A stretch of DNA of 64,000 bases from Planctomycetota bacterium (GTDB lineage: Bacteria > Planctomycetota > UBA1135 > UBA2386). A model generated the notes under the pieces. It made no database searches, was not told the DNA's origin, and saw nothing but the letters and a program-made list of their open reading frames with translations. How positions within the stretch are numbered: the stretch's first letter is position 1; every line of letters begins with the position of its first letter. Shown here piece after piece: positions 28,489 through 37,874 of the stretch. The stretch covers positions 4,224,001 through 4,288,000 of the forward strand of contig JBKAGP010000001.1 in assembly GCA_046290465.1 (NCBI GenBank), read 5' to 3'. The position numbers were made by a program, and so were the translations under genes.

Positions 28489-29805
28489 GTGATCGTGATG
28501 AAGTTCGGTGGCACCTCGGTGGGAGGTGCGGCGGCGATCGGCCAGGTCGTCGAGGTCGTGCGCAGCCAGCTGCAGCGGCGGCCGGTGGTGGTCGTGTCGG
28601 CGCATGCCGGCGTGACCGACGCGCTGCTGGCGGCGGCCAGGGCGGCGGCGACCGGCGAGGCCGACACCGGTGCGATCGTCGCGCGCCACCGCGAGATCCT
28701 GCGCGGCCTGTCGCTCGACGAGCACCTGCTCGATCCGCTGCTCGACGAACTGCGCGACCTCGCCCGTGGCGTGCGGCTGGTCGGCGAGACCAGTGCCAAG
28801 GTCGTCGACGCGATGGCCAGCTACGGCGAACGGCTCAGCTCGCGCGTGGTCGCCGCGGCGCTGAACGCCAACGGGGTCGAGGCCGAGGCGGTCGACTCGT
28901 TCGCCGCGGGCCTGCGCACCGACAGCTCGTTCGGGCGCGCCCGGCCGCAGCCGGACGACGGCCGGATCCTGCGCCACCTGCAGGGGGTTCGCGGCGTGCC
29001 GGTGATGACCGGGTTCCTCGGCGCGGACGAGCACGGCAACATCACCACGCTCGGTCGCAACGGCAGCGACTACTCGGCCGCGCTGATCGGCGCGGCGATC
29101 GGCGCCGAGGAGGTGCAGATCTGGAAGGACGTCGACGGCGTGCACACCGCCGATCCGCGGCTGGTCGCCGACGCGCAGCCGATCCGCCGGATGAGCTTCG
29201 CCGACGTCGCCGACCTGGCGTCGTTCGGCAGCAAGGTGCTGCACCCGGCGGCGATGGTGCCGGCGATGCAGCAGGGCATCCCGCTGCGCGTGCGCAACAC
29301 GCTGTCGCCGGAGGCCGAGGGCACGACCATCGAGGCCGAGGTCGAGGCCAGCCGGCCGGTCGTGCGCGCGATCGCGCACCGCGACCACGTGGCGCTGATC
29401 ACCGTGCGTTCGCACCGCCTGGTGCCGCAGCATGCGTTCCTGGCCAAGGTGTTCAGCAAGCTGGACGACATCGAGTGCGACGTCGGCCCGGTCGCCGTCG
29501 GCGAGGCGGCGGTGACGGTGGCGGTCGAGGAGCCGTTCGCAGAACGGGCCGCGGCGCGGCTGCAGGGCCACGGCGAGGTGCAGCAAACGTCGGGACGTGC
29601 GGTCGTCGGCGTGATCGGCGATGCTTCGGTGCTCGAGAACGGCGGCATCGGCGAGGTCCTTTCCGAACTGGCCCGCGCCGGCATCGCCGTTCGCTGCGCC
29701 GGCCTCGGCGCGCTCGGCAGCACCGTCGCGTTCGCGGTGGCGTCCGAGCGGCTGACCGAGACCGTGCAGCTGCTGCACCGCCGCTTCTTCTCCGCCACCC
29801 GATGA
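28489..29805 (+). CDS. lysC: Aspartate kinase
   Basis: MKFGGTSV, VVVSA, TTLGRNGSDYSA, WKDVDGV.TADP and KVLHP motifs; ACT domains. Confidence 0.93.
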   Translation: MIVMKFGGTSVGGAAAIGQVVEVVRSQLQRRPVVVVSAHAGVTDALLAAARAAATGEADTGAIVARHREILRGLSLDEHLLDPLLDELRDLARGVRLVGETSAKVVDAMASYGERLSSRVVAAALNANGVEAEAVDSFAAGLRTDSSFGRARPQPDDGRILRHLQGVRGVPVMTGFLGADEHGNITTLGRNGSDYSAALIGAAIGAEEVQIWKDVDGVHTADPRLVADAQPIRRMSFADVADLASFGSKVLHPAAMVPAMQQGIPLRVRNTLSPEAEGTTIEAEVEASRPVVRAIAHRDHVALITVRSHRLVPQHAFLAKVFSKLDDIECDVGPVAVGEAAVTVAVEEPFAERAAARLQGHGEVQQTSGRAVVGVIGDASVLENGGIGEVLSELARAGIAVRCAGLGALGSTVAFAVASERLTETVQLLHRRFFSATR

Positions 29806-31037
29806 GCACGCACCCCACCACCCTCGCGATGCTGCGCGACGCCGTCGTCGTCGCCGCGGTCGCGGTGCTGACGGTGCAGGCGCTGCGGCGCTGGTGCGGT
29901 GACCGCTACCTGGTGCCGTCCGACAGCATGCAGCCGGTGCTCTACGGCGACCCCGAGGACGGCGACGTCGTGTATGTCGACAAGCTCGCCAGCGCCGCGT
30001 CGTGCCGCCGCGGCGATCTGGTCGTCGTCGAGAACCCGGCGATGCCGGGCCACCAGCTGGTCAAGCGCATCGCCGCGTCGGGCGACGACGCGCTGTGCTG
30101 GATCGACATCCTCAAGGGCGACATCTGGCTCGGCGAGAGCAAGGATCGCATGCGACGCGAGGTCAAGCAGCCGCGCGCCGCGATGGAGCGCAGCGTCACC
30201 TGGGCGGTCGCCGGCGACTCGCGCCAGGCGCACGAAGTGCTCGACATGCGCGCCGCCGAGGCGGTGCAGGACGGTCCTTGGGTGCTGCCGCCGATGGCGC
30301 GCGGGCTCGCCGACGTGCGGTCGGGCTTTCGCGTCGGCGCGCACGAGGTCCGCCACCGGGAGCCAGCCGACGGTGTGCTGCCGCGGGGCACGATCGGCAC
30401 CAGCCAGCCGGTCGACGCGACGTTCCTCGACGCCAAGGGGGTGCGAAGCCTCGGCGGCGACGACGTCTCGGTGGCCGACTGCGGCATGGAGCTGGCGCTG
30501 AGCAAGCGGCCCAAGGTGCTGCTGCTGTCGATCGACAGCAGCGACTTCGCCACCACGTTCGTCTGGAACGGCGAAGGCAACACGCTGCAGGTCTGGGTCG
30601 ACGGCCGCGTCGTCAGCGAGCAGAACGGCGTGCTGCAGGAGTCGTGGAACGGCGAGGTCGCGTTCGGCCGCCTCGACGGCCGCGACTTCGTGATGCTCGG
30701 CCCGACCCACGAGTTCGTGCTCGAGACGCCGGGGGTGTCGCTGCTGCCGCGGCCGCGCACGTGGCTGCACGTCGGCGTCGTCGGCGAGGAGGACGCGCGC
30801 ATCGACCGGCTGCGCGTGTTCCGCGACGTGTTCTCGTATCGCGAGCCGGTCAACAGCATCGGCGAGCAGAGCCCCTGGCCGAAGTTCGTGCGCAAGGGGC
30901 ACTGGTTCCTGCTCGGTGACAACGCGTTCGACTCGCGCGACAGCCGGCAGATCGGCGACGTGCCGATCGACAATTTCCTCGGCAAGCCGACCTACGTGAT
31001 CGGTCCCTGGGGCCGCGCCCGCAAGCTGCCACGATGA
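29802..31037 (+). CDS. lepB: Signal peptidase I with a large internal insertion
   Basis: VPSDSMQP (catalytic Ser), LVKRI (catalytic Lys) and FLLGDNAFDSRDSR motifs. Confidence 0.88.
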   Translation: MSTHPTTLAMLRDAVVVAAVAVLTVQALRRWCGDRYLVPSDSMQPVLYGDPEDGDVVYVDKLASAASCRRGDLVVVENPAMPGHQLVKRIAASGDDALCWIDILKGDIWLGESKDRMRREVKQPRAAMERSVTWAVAGDSRQAHEVLDMRAAEAVQDGPWVLPPMARGLADVRSGFRVGAHEVRHREPADGVLPRGTIGTSQPVDATFLDAKGVRSLGGDDVSVADCGMELALSKRPKVLLLSIDSSDFATTFVWNGEGNTLQVWVDGRVVSEQNGVLQESWNGEVAFGRLDGRDFVMLGPTHEFVLETPGVSLLPRPRTWLHVGVVGEEDARIDRLRVFRDVFSYREPVNSIGEQSPWPKFVRKGHWFLLGDNAFDSRDSRQIGDVPIDNFLGKPTYVIGPWGRARKLPR

Positions 31038-31606
31038 GCGAACCCGACGACCAGCGAGAACCGGACGAAGAGCCGGAGCCGGGCATGGTGCTCGCTGCCG
31101 GCGTCGTGATCTACGGCGCCATGGGCGGTGCGGCGCTGCTGTGGCTGTGGTTTCGCGATCGCCTCGACGTGCTCGGCGAACGGTCGGTCGGCGAGCACGG
31201 CGTGCTGGCGGGCTCGGCGCTCGGGCTCGGCGTCGGGGTCGCGGGCGCGTTCGTCGTCGATCGCATCAGCCGTCGGTTCCGCAGCTTCGAGGAGCTGACG
31301 TCGACCGCTCAACGGCTGTTCGCGCGCTCCGGGGAGGGCGTTGGCATCGCCTTCGCGCTGATTTCGGCGGTGGCCGAGGAGTTGTTCTTCCGGCTGGCCG
31401 TGCAGGACGTCTTCGGCCTGGTCGGTTCTGTTGCCGCCTACGTCTTGCTGAATAGCAGTGTGGGTGGGCTCCGATGGATCGCCTTCACGGTCGCGCACGC
31501 GCTGGTGCTCGGCCTGATCGTGCAGTCGGGCTTCGGCCTGCTCGGCTCGACCACCGCCCACGCCATCCTCAATCACCTCTGCCTGCGCAGGATCCAGGAT
31601 TCATGA
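31034..31606 (+). CDS. CPBP (CAAX protease-like) intramembrane metalloprotease
   Basis: AEELFFR and AHAILN motifs; multiple TM segments. Confidence 0.8.
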   Translation: MSEPDDQREPDEEPEPGMVLAAGVVIYGAMGGAALLWLWFRDRLDVLGERSVGEHGVLAGSALGLGVGVAGAFVVDRISRRFRSFEELTSTAQRLFARSGEGVGIAFALISAVAEELFFRLAVQDVFGLVGSVAAYVLLNSSVGGLRWIAFTVAHALVLGLIVQSGFGLLGSTTAHAILNHLCLRRIQDS

Positions 31607-33426
31607 TGCACTTCCTTCGATCGCGAGCGACTTCGCTCACGGCGCCGCTGTTCTGCCTGCTGCCGCTGCTGGCGCAGGAGAAGCCGCGTCCGCCGCAGCC
31701 GATGCTGCTGCCGCTGGGCCTGGCGCTGCCGCGAGCGGACCGTGAGATCACCATCGACGGCTCGCTGATCGATTGGCCGAAGCTGCCGGCGATGCAGCTC
31801 AACGACCGCCGCCAGCTGTCGGGCACCGGCCACGGCGCGTGGCGCGGCTTCGACGACGCCAGCGCGGTGGTGTTCATGCTGTGGGACCAGAACGGCCTCT
31901 ACATCGCGTGCTCGGCGCGCGACGAATGGCACCGCGCGCTCGACGCCAACACGCTGCTGCTGACCGAGATCCCGGCCGCCGATTCGCTGGTGCTGACGTT
32001 CGATCCCGAGCGCAACACGCGCGCCAACGGTCCCGACCCGGGTCGCGAGGACGACCGCGAGTTCTGGATCGCCGACGAGAACGCCCGCGAGGTGGTGCAG
32101 TGGGACCGACTGCGCGGCACCGCGCGGGTGCTGGCGGCGCCGGCGCGCATGGTGGTGCTGCACGACAAGGAGCAGGGCATCACCAGCTACGAGGCGCTGA
32201 TCCCGTGGAGCGAGATCCTGCCGCCCGGCAAACAGGCGAGCCCCGGTCAGGTCCTCGACCTGCAGATCGTGCTCAACGACTTCGACGAGAAGACCGACAG
32301 CATGGCGCAGACGCGGATCGGCTGGACGTTCGGGATCGGCCCGGTCGTCGACCCGGGTCTGCTCGGCAGCCTGATGCTGTGCAAGGACGACCTGGCGCTG
32401 CGGGGCGTGGTGCCGGAGTTTCCGCCGAAGCCGGCGGTCAAGCGCGCGCCGGTGGAGCCGCCGGAGTACTGGCGGGAGCTGACCGCCGAACTGTTGCGTC
32501 GGCCGCCGGCGGTCTACGACGGCAAGGTCACCCCGCAGGAGACCGGCGGGCTCGAGCGCCTGAAGGTGCTCGAGAAGATCGACCAGCACGCCGAGCGCAT
32601 GCCGCGCGTCGACTGGCTCGAACTGCACCAGCGCATCAACCGTCGGATGACGCGCGAGGTCGCCGGCCTGACCGGCCGCGGCCTGCCGATGTGGTGGCGC
32701 GAGCGCATGCACGCGATCTCCAAGCAGGGCGAGGACCCCGTTCCGGCCGGCGCGATGCGCCTGTTCCGGCTGCCAGCGGGCGGCTGGCTGCTGCGCACCA
32801 ACCGCAAGAACATGCTGATCGATCCGGCCGGCCCGGACGTGCAGCACTGGCTGTGGGGCGGTGCCGAGGCGTGCATCCTGACGCAGCCGCTGACGATGAC
32901 GCGCCGCAACGACGAGCTGCTGCTGCGCATGTTCACGTCCAAGCCGGTGCGGCCGGTGCTGGCGCACATCGTGTTCCACCTGCCGGTGGTCGCGATGGAG
33001 AAGATGCCGCTGGTCGAGCTCGGCCAGACCATCGGTGAGAAGACCGATGTCGCCGTGCAGGCGCTCGGCGCGGCGCTGCCGGACGGCGGCGTCCCGTACG
33101 ACTGCAGCTACCGCATCGATATCGAAGGCAGCCCGCAGCTGCTGTTCGCCGGCCCGACGCTGAAGCCGAACGCGGTCGACGAGACCTGGAAGGTCGACGT
33201 GATGATCGTGTCGGCGCGCAACCGGGCGGTCGTCGAGCTCGTCAACAAGGTCAAGCCGGGCCTGGTGCTGTTCGACGACGCGTTCGTGCCGCAGGAGCAG
33301 GCGAAGACGCAGCGCGTCCGCCTCGAGAACCTGCACGCACTGCAGCGGTTGCTGCTGCCGCACCGCTCGGTCGTGCTGGCGCCCGGCGAATCGTGGACGG
33401 TGCGATCGGATCCCGATCGCAAGTAG
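31603..33426 (+). CDS. Secreted CBM9-like sugar-binding domain fused to a degenerate metallo-beta-lactamase-like domain
   Basis: ITIDGSLIDW, MLWDQNGLYI, YEALIPWSEI and LNDFD (CBM9-like); C-terminal GWLLRT...MLIDP and LAPGESW without HxHxDH. Confidence 0.65.
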   Translation: MMHFLRSRATSLTAPLFCLLPLLAQEKPRPPQPMLLPLGLALPRADREITIDGSLIDWPKLPAMQLNDRRQLSGTGHGAWRGFDDASAVVFMLWDQNGLYIACSARDEWHRALDANTLLLTEIPAADSLVLTFDPERNTRANGPDPGREDDREFWIADENAREVVQWDRLRGTARVLAAPARMVVLHDKEQGITSYEALIPWSEILPPGKQASPGQVLDLQIVLNDFDEKTDSMAQTRIGWTFGIGPVVDPGLLGSLMLCKDDLALRGVVPEFPPKPAVKRAPVEPPEYWRELTAELLRRPPAVYDGKVTPQETGGLERLKVLEKIDQHAERMPRVDWLELHQRINRRMTREVAGLTGRGLPMWWRERMHAISKQGEDPVPAGAMRLFRLPAGGWLLRTNRKNMLIDPAGPDVQHWLWGGAEACILTQPLTMTRRNDELLLRMFTSKPVRPVLAHIVFHLPVVAMEKMPLVELGQTIGEKTDVAVQALGAALPDGGVPYDCSYRIDIEGSPQLLFAGPTLKPNAVDETWKVDVMIVSARNRAVVELVNKVKPGLVLFDDAFVPQEQAKTQRVRLENLHALQRLLLPHRSVVLAPGESWTVRSDPDRK

Positions 33427-33435
33427 CGCTGTGGG

Positions 33436-33540
33436 CACGATTGCAGATGTTCGCACATTTCTGATTGTGGTCGTATGAGATAGGTATCAACATGTCTGCC
33501 ATATGGCGCGCCGCGTGTTAGCGGCACGCAGACCTGTTTT
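33436..33540. promoter_or_regulatory. AT-rich promoter region upstream of the histone-like gene
   Basis: Marked AT enrichment (cacatttctgattgtggtcgtatgagataggtatcaacat); palindrome gccatatggc at 33498-33507. Confidence 0.5.
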
Positions 33541-33557
33541 CAGCGACGGACCCCCAC

Positions 33558-33947
33558 ATGGCAGCCAAGAAGGCCAACCCCGGCTTTGCGTTCATCCTCG
33601 AGTTCCTCAAGAAGAACCCGAAGGCCACCTACCAGGAGATGGCCGCGGCCGCGGCCAAGAAGAAGCTCAAGGTCTTCCCGATCATGTGGGGCCGCGCCCA
33701 GGCGATGCTCGGCATCGTCAAGCAGGCGCCGCGCGGCAAGGGCAAGGCGGCCAAGGCGAAGGCCGTGAAGGCGGCCGGCGTCGCCAAGCGCGGGCCGGGT
33801 CGGCCGCGCAAGGCCGCCGCGCCGGCGCTCGACGGCTCGCTCGACAGCATCGTCGCGGCCGTCAAGAGCAGCGAGGAGGCGAAGGCCCGCTACCGGGGTG
33901 CGCTGGAGCAGATCCAGGCGATCCTGAACGACGTGCTCGCCGACTAG
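33558..33947 (+). CDS. Lys/Ala-rich putative nucleoid-associated protein with an AT-hook
   Basis: Highly basic; KRGPGRPRK AT-hook; C-terminal coiled coil. Confidence 0.75.
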   Translation: MAAKKANPGFAFILEFLKKNPKATYQEMAAAAAKKKLKVFPIMWGRAQAMLGIVKQAPRGKGKAAKAKAVKAAGVAKRGPGRPRKAAAPALDGSLDSIVAAVKSSEEAKARYRGALEQIQAILNDVLAD

Positions 33948-34113
33948 GAGCGCGTCCATCTAGTGGACGCGCTGCCAACCGTGATCGCGGAAGCGGCGTG
34001 TACGCGTGCGGACGGGGCTTTGCCCGCTAGGAGCGCGTCCATCTCGTGGACGCGCTGCCAACCGTGATCACGGAAGAGGCGTGTACGCGTGCGGACGGGG
34101 CTTTGCCCGCTAG
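33944..34113. repeat. Two tandem 83-bp palindromic units bounded by CTAG (REP/MITE-like)
   Basis: Units 33944-34026 and 34027-34109 differ at 3 positions; CTAG at 33944, 34027 and 34110; internal hairpins. Confidence 0.92.
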
Positions 34114-34119
34114 CCGGTC

Positions 34120-34168
34120 GGTCGCTCGGCCGATCAGGTAGCTCAGCCGACCGGTCGCTCAGCCGATG
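34120..34168. repeat. 16-17-bp tandem repeat x3 spanning the aminotransferase stop codon
   Basis: ggtcgctcggccgatca / ggtagctcagccgacc / ggtcgctcagccgatg; the stop is the tca at 34159-34161. Confidence 0.85.
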
Positions 34169-35046
34169 AGGCTGCGCCAGTGTGGCCCGTCGCGTTCGAC
34201 CAGGCGCCGCTGCAGATGCTCGCCGAACAGCGGCAGCAGCTGCGCGGTCGACGGCGCCGCGCCGAGTTCGCGCCCATCGAGGTGCGTGACCGGCGACATG
34301 TCGCGCAGCGTGCTGCAGAGGAACATCTCTTCGGCCGACTCCAGGTCGGCCCGCGTCAGGGTGCGTTCTTCGACCCGTTCGCCGACGGTCGGCAGGAACT
34401 CGAGCAGCATGCCGCGGGTGATGCCCGCCAGGATGCCGGCCGCGAGCGGCGGCGTGCACCAGACGCCGTCCCGCCGCACGAACAGGTTCGACGTCGAGGC
34501 CTCGGTCACCGAGCCGTCGGTGTTGAGCATCACGCAGTCGGTCGCGCCGCGGGCTTTGGCCTCGGCGAGGCCGAGCACGTTGTTGAGGTAGTTGCCGCTC
34601 TTGGCCGCCGGGTCGAGCGCGCGCCGGTCGTTGCGCAGCCGCTCCACCAATCCCAGGTGCACCGGCTTGCCGGTGGCCAGCGTCAGCGGCCGCACCAGCA
34701 CGACCCAGCACGGCGGCTGGTTGGCGTAGGCCAGGTCGATGTTGGGGGCGTCGCCGGTGCCGCGTGTGACCACGATGCGCACGTAACTGTCGCCGTGGTC
34801 GGCCGCCTCGAGGGTCGCCTGGACCCTCTGCGCGACGGTCGCCTCGTCCAGGTCCAGCGCCATCATCAGCCCGGCCGCGGAGGCCTCCAGGCGGGCCCAG
34901 TGCTCGATCCACGCCAGCGGCACGCCGTCGTGCGTTCGGACCACCTCGTAGATCGAGTCGCCGAACAGGAAGCCCCGGTCGAGCACGGGGATGCGACCGT
35001 CGGCCTCGGAAGTGATCGCACCGTCGACATTGCACAGGTTCGCCAT
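34159..35046 (-). CDS. Aminotransferase class IV (D-amino-acid/branched-chain/PabC family)
   Basis: DRGFLFGDSIYEV, KSGNY, TEASTSNLF and ILAGITR motifs. Confidence 0.92.
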   Translation of the reverse strand: MANLCNVDGAITSEADGRIPVLDRGFLFGDSIYEVVRTHDGVPLAWIEHWARLEASAAGLMMALDLDEATVAQRVQATLEAADHGDSYVRIVVTRGTGDAPNIDLAYANQPPCWVVLVRPLTLATGKPVHLGLVERLRNDRRALDPAAKSGNYLNNVLGLAEAKARGATDCVMLNTDGSVTEASTSNLFVRRDGVWCTPPLAAGILAGITRGMLLEFLPTVGERVEERTLTRADLESAEEMFLCSTLRDMSPVTHLDGRELGAAPSTAQLLPLFGEHLQRRLVERDGPHWRSLIG

Positions 35047-35056
35047 GAGGCCGCGG

Positions 35057-35066
35057 ATGGTAAGCT
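35057..35066. promoter_or_regulatory. Candidate bidirectional overlapping -10 elements
   Basis: atggtaagct reads TAAGCT on + (preceded by TGG) and TACCAT on -; the divergent start codons are only 31 bp apart. Confidence 0.55.
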
Positions 35067-35077
35067 CGGTTGCCTGC

Positions 35078-36535
35078 ATGTGTGGCTTCATCTCGATCTT
35101 TGGACCTCCTGAATCCGACACGATCCAGGACGTCATCAATGGCCTCGTCGCCATCCAACACCGCGGGCAGGATGCTGCCGGCGCCGTCTCCTTCCACGAC
35201 AAGTTCCAGGCGAAGAAGGGCCTGGGCCTGGTCCGCGAGGTCTTCGAAGAGAAGCACCTTCAGCGCTTGCGCGGCAACCTGAGCGTCGGCCACGTTCGCT
35301 ACCCGACGGTGGGCCTCGGCGAGGACACCGACGTGCAGCCGTTCTGGCTGGAGTATCCGGTGGGCGTCGCGATGGCGCACAACGGCAACGTCACCAACTT
35401 CCACGAACTCAAGCGCACCTACTTCCAGCGGCGCAACATCCCGCTCGGTAGCAACTGCGACCTCGAGGTCGTGCTCTACGTGTTCGCCGACGCGCTGATG
35501 CGCCGCGGTGTCGATCCGATCGGCATCGACAACGTCGAGGCCGGCGTTGCCGAGGTCTACGAGAAGGTCAAGGGCGCCTACAGCGTCGTCGGCATCACCA
35601 GCGACGGCATGTATGCGTTCCGCGATCCGTTCGGCATCAAGCCGTGCATCTTCGGCAAGAAGGAGACCGACGAGGGCACCTATTACGCGGTCGCCAGCGA
35701 GTCGGTCGTGCTCGACGTCGCCGGCTACGAGATCGTGCGCGACCTCGACGCCGGCGAGATGCTGTGGATCGGGCCGGACCGCGTGCCGCAGTTCCGCAAG
35801 GTCAGCAAGCAGCCGCACCGCCCCTGCATCTTCGAATACGTCTACTTCGCGCGGCCGGACACGTTCCTGGACGGCACCTCGGTCTACGAGGCGCGCCTGG
35901 AGATGGGGCGCCGGATGGCGCACCGGTTCCAGGAGACCGGCCTCGAGGCCGACGTCGTGATCCCGGTGCCCGAGTCGGCGCGCACGGCGGCGCAGACGAT
36001 GGCCGAGGAGCTCGGCCTCCGCTGCCGCGAGGGCTTCGTCAAGAACCGCTACGTCGGCCGCACGTTCATCATGCCCAACGACCAGGCGCGCCAGGCGACG
36101 ATCCGCGCCAAGCTCAACCCGATCCGTTCGGAGTTCGAGGGCAAGCGCGTGATCATCATGGACGACTCGATCGTGCGCGGGAACACCAGCCGGCACATGG
36201 TCAAGATCGCGCGCGAGATGGGCGCCGCGAAGGTCTACTTCGCCAGCTACTCGCCGCCGCTGAAGTTCCCGTGCTTCTACGGCATCGACATGTCGTCCAA
36301 GCGCGACTTCATCGCGCGCGACCGCACCGACGAGATGATCGCCAAGGAGATCGGCGCCGACGCTGTCGTCTGCCAGTCCGTCGAGCAGATGGAGGACGCG
36401 GTGCGCGCCGCCGGCAACCAGGACCTGCAGTTCTGCAAGGGCTGCTTCGAGGGCACCTACCCGACCGGCGACATCACCGACGAGATGATCGACGACATCG
36501 AGAAGGACCGGGTCGCGGCGGGCAGCGCGACCTAG
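35078..36535 (+). CDS. purF: Amidophosphoribosyltransferase
   Basis: N-terminal MCG; QHRGQDAAG, GHVRYPT, CIFEYVYFARPD, KNRYVGRTFI and DDSIVRGNT motifs. Confidence 0.97.
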   Translation: MCGFISIFGPPESDTIQDVINGLVAIQHRGQDAAGAVSFHDKFQAKKGLGLVREVFEEKHLQRLRGNLSVGHVRYPTVGLGEDTDVQPFWLEYPVGVAMAHNGNVTNFHELKRTYFQRRNIPLGSNCDLEVVLYVFADALMRRGVDPIGIDNVEAGVAEVYEKVKGAYSVVGITSDGMYAFRDPFGIKPCIFGKKETDEGTYYAVASESVVLDVAGYEIVRDLDAGEMLWIGPDRVPQFRKVSKQPHRPCIFEYVYFARPDTFLDGTSVYEARLEMGRRMAHRFQETGLEADVVIPVPESARTAAQTMAEELGLRCREGFVKNRYVGRTFIMPNDQARQATIRAKLNPIRSEFEGKRVIIMDDSIVRGNTSRHMVKIAREMGAAKVYFASYSPPLKFPCFYGIDMSSKRDFIARDRTDEMIAKEIGADAVVCQSVEQMEDAVRAAGNQDLQFCKGCFEGTYPTGDITDEMIDDIEKDRVAAGSAT

Positions 36536-36546
36536 GCACCCGGTTC

Positions 36547-36583
36547 GGGCGGCCGGCAGCAGGAATCGCTTGCCTGGCCGCCC
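36547..36583. terminator. GC-rich hairpin downstream of purF
   Basis: Imperfect inverted repeat gggcggccggcagc...gcttgcctggccgccc; no U-tract. Confidence 0.35.
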
Positions 36584-36659
36584 CCTGCGGCGTAGGTCGT
36601 CGGCTTGATCCACCCGGTGTGCACTGTGCCCCGGGTCCGTCGATCGCCCGACCCAAGCC

Positions 36660-36905
36660 ATGATCCAGCTCTACTTCGACCCCGCGTGCCCCTTTTGCGC
36701 GCGCGTCCTCGACCACCTCGAGACCCACGGTATCGCCTACGAGAAGAAGCAGATCTCGCTGCGCGCCGACTCGGAGACCAAGCAGGAGCTGGTCGCGCTC
36801 GGTGGCAAGGGGCAGGTGCCGTTCCTCAACGATCCGGAGCGCAATGTGCGGATGTACGAGAGCGCGGACATCATCGCCTACGTCGACGAGCACTACCGCG
36901 GGTAG
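36660..36905 (+). CDS. Glutaredoxin / GST-N-like protein
   Basis: CPFC, GGKGQVPFL and MYESADII motifs. Confidence 0.9.
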   Translation: MIQLYFDPACPFCARVLDHLETHGIAYEKKQISLRADSETKQELVALGGKGQVPFLNDPERNVRMYESADIIAYVDEHYRG

Positions 36906-36914
36906 GCTCGGGAC

Positions 36915-37874
36915 GTGAACGACACCACCTCGCCGCCGGCGCTGCGCATCCGCGGGCTCAGCAAGACCTACGGCAACGGCGTCCAGGCGCTGAAGGGGAT
37001 CGATCTGGAGGTCGCCGGCGGCGAGTTCTTCGGACTGCTCGGTCCCAACGGCGCCGGCAAGTCGACGACGATCGGGATCGTCACGTCGCTCGTCAATCGC
37101 AGCGGCGGTTCGATCGAGGTGTTCGGCATCGACACCGAGAAGGACCTCGAGGGCGCCAAGCGGCTGATCGGGATCGTGCCGCAGGAGCTCAACATCAACC
37201 AGTTCGAGCAGCCGCTGCACATCGTCGCGCAGCAGGCCGGCTACTACGGCGTGCCGTGGCGCGAGGCGCGCGAACGTGCCGAGGAGTGCCTGCGCTGGAT
37301 GGGGCTGTGGGACAAGCGCTCGGCGATGGCGCGGTCGCTGTCCGGCGGCATGAAGCGCCGGCTGATGATCGCGCGCGCGCTGGTGCACGGGCCGCGACTG
37401 CTGATCCTCGACGAGCCGACCGCCGGCGTCGACATCGAAATCCGGCGCGCGACTTGGGAGCTGCTCGAGGAGATCAACGCGGCCGGCACGACGATCATCC
37501 TGACGACGCACTACCTCGAGGAGGCCGAGGCGCTGTGTCGCCGCATCGCGATCATCGACGGTGGCGAGATCGTGCAGAACACCGACACCCGCTCGCTGCT
37601 GGCGCAGCTGGCGACCGAGACGTTCGTGTTGGATCCCAAGACGCCGCTGGATCGCGCGCCGGAGCTCGGCGGGTTCGCGACGCGGCTGCGCGACGACGGG
37701 TCGTTCGAGGTCGAGCTGGCGCGCACGTCGAGCGTCAACGAGCTGTTCCGCGCGCTCGAGCAGAACGGCATCGAGGTGGCTTCGATGCGCAACAAGGCCA
37801 ACCGGCTCGAGGAGCTGTTCCTGCGCCTGGTCGAGTCCAAGGACGGCGCCAGCGCCGCGGAGGTGACGTCGTGA
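36915..37874 (+). CDS. ABC-2 type transporter ATP-binding protein (YadG-like)
   Basis: GPNGAGKST, LSGGMKRR, LDEPTAGVD and NKANRLEELF motifs. Confidence 0.92.
   Translation: MNDTTSPPALRIRGLSKTYGNGVQALKGIDLEVAGGEFFGLLGPNGAGKSTTIGIVTSLVNRSGGSIEVFGIDTEKDLEGAKRLIGIVPQELNINQFEQPLHIVAQQAGYYGVPWREARERAEECLRWMGLWDKRSAMARSLSGGMKRRLMIARALVHGPRLLILDEPTAGVDIEIRRATWELLEEINAAGTTIILTTHYLEEAEALCRRIAIIDGGEIVQNTDTRSLLAQLATETFVLDPKTPLDRAPELGGFATRLRDDGSFEVELARTSSVNELFRALEQNGIEVASMRNKANRLEELFLRLVESKDGASAAEVTS

Noticed and set aside
33944..34113. CRISPR mini-array or tRNA/ncRNA gene
   Set aside because: The whole 83-bp unit is repeated, including the would-be spacer; no cloverleaf, T-loop or CCA features.
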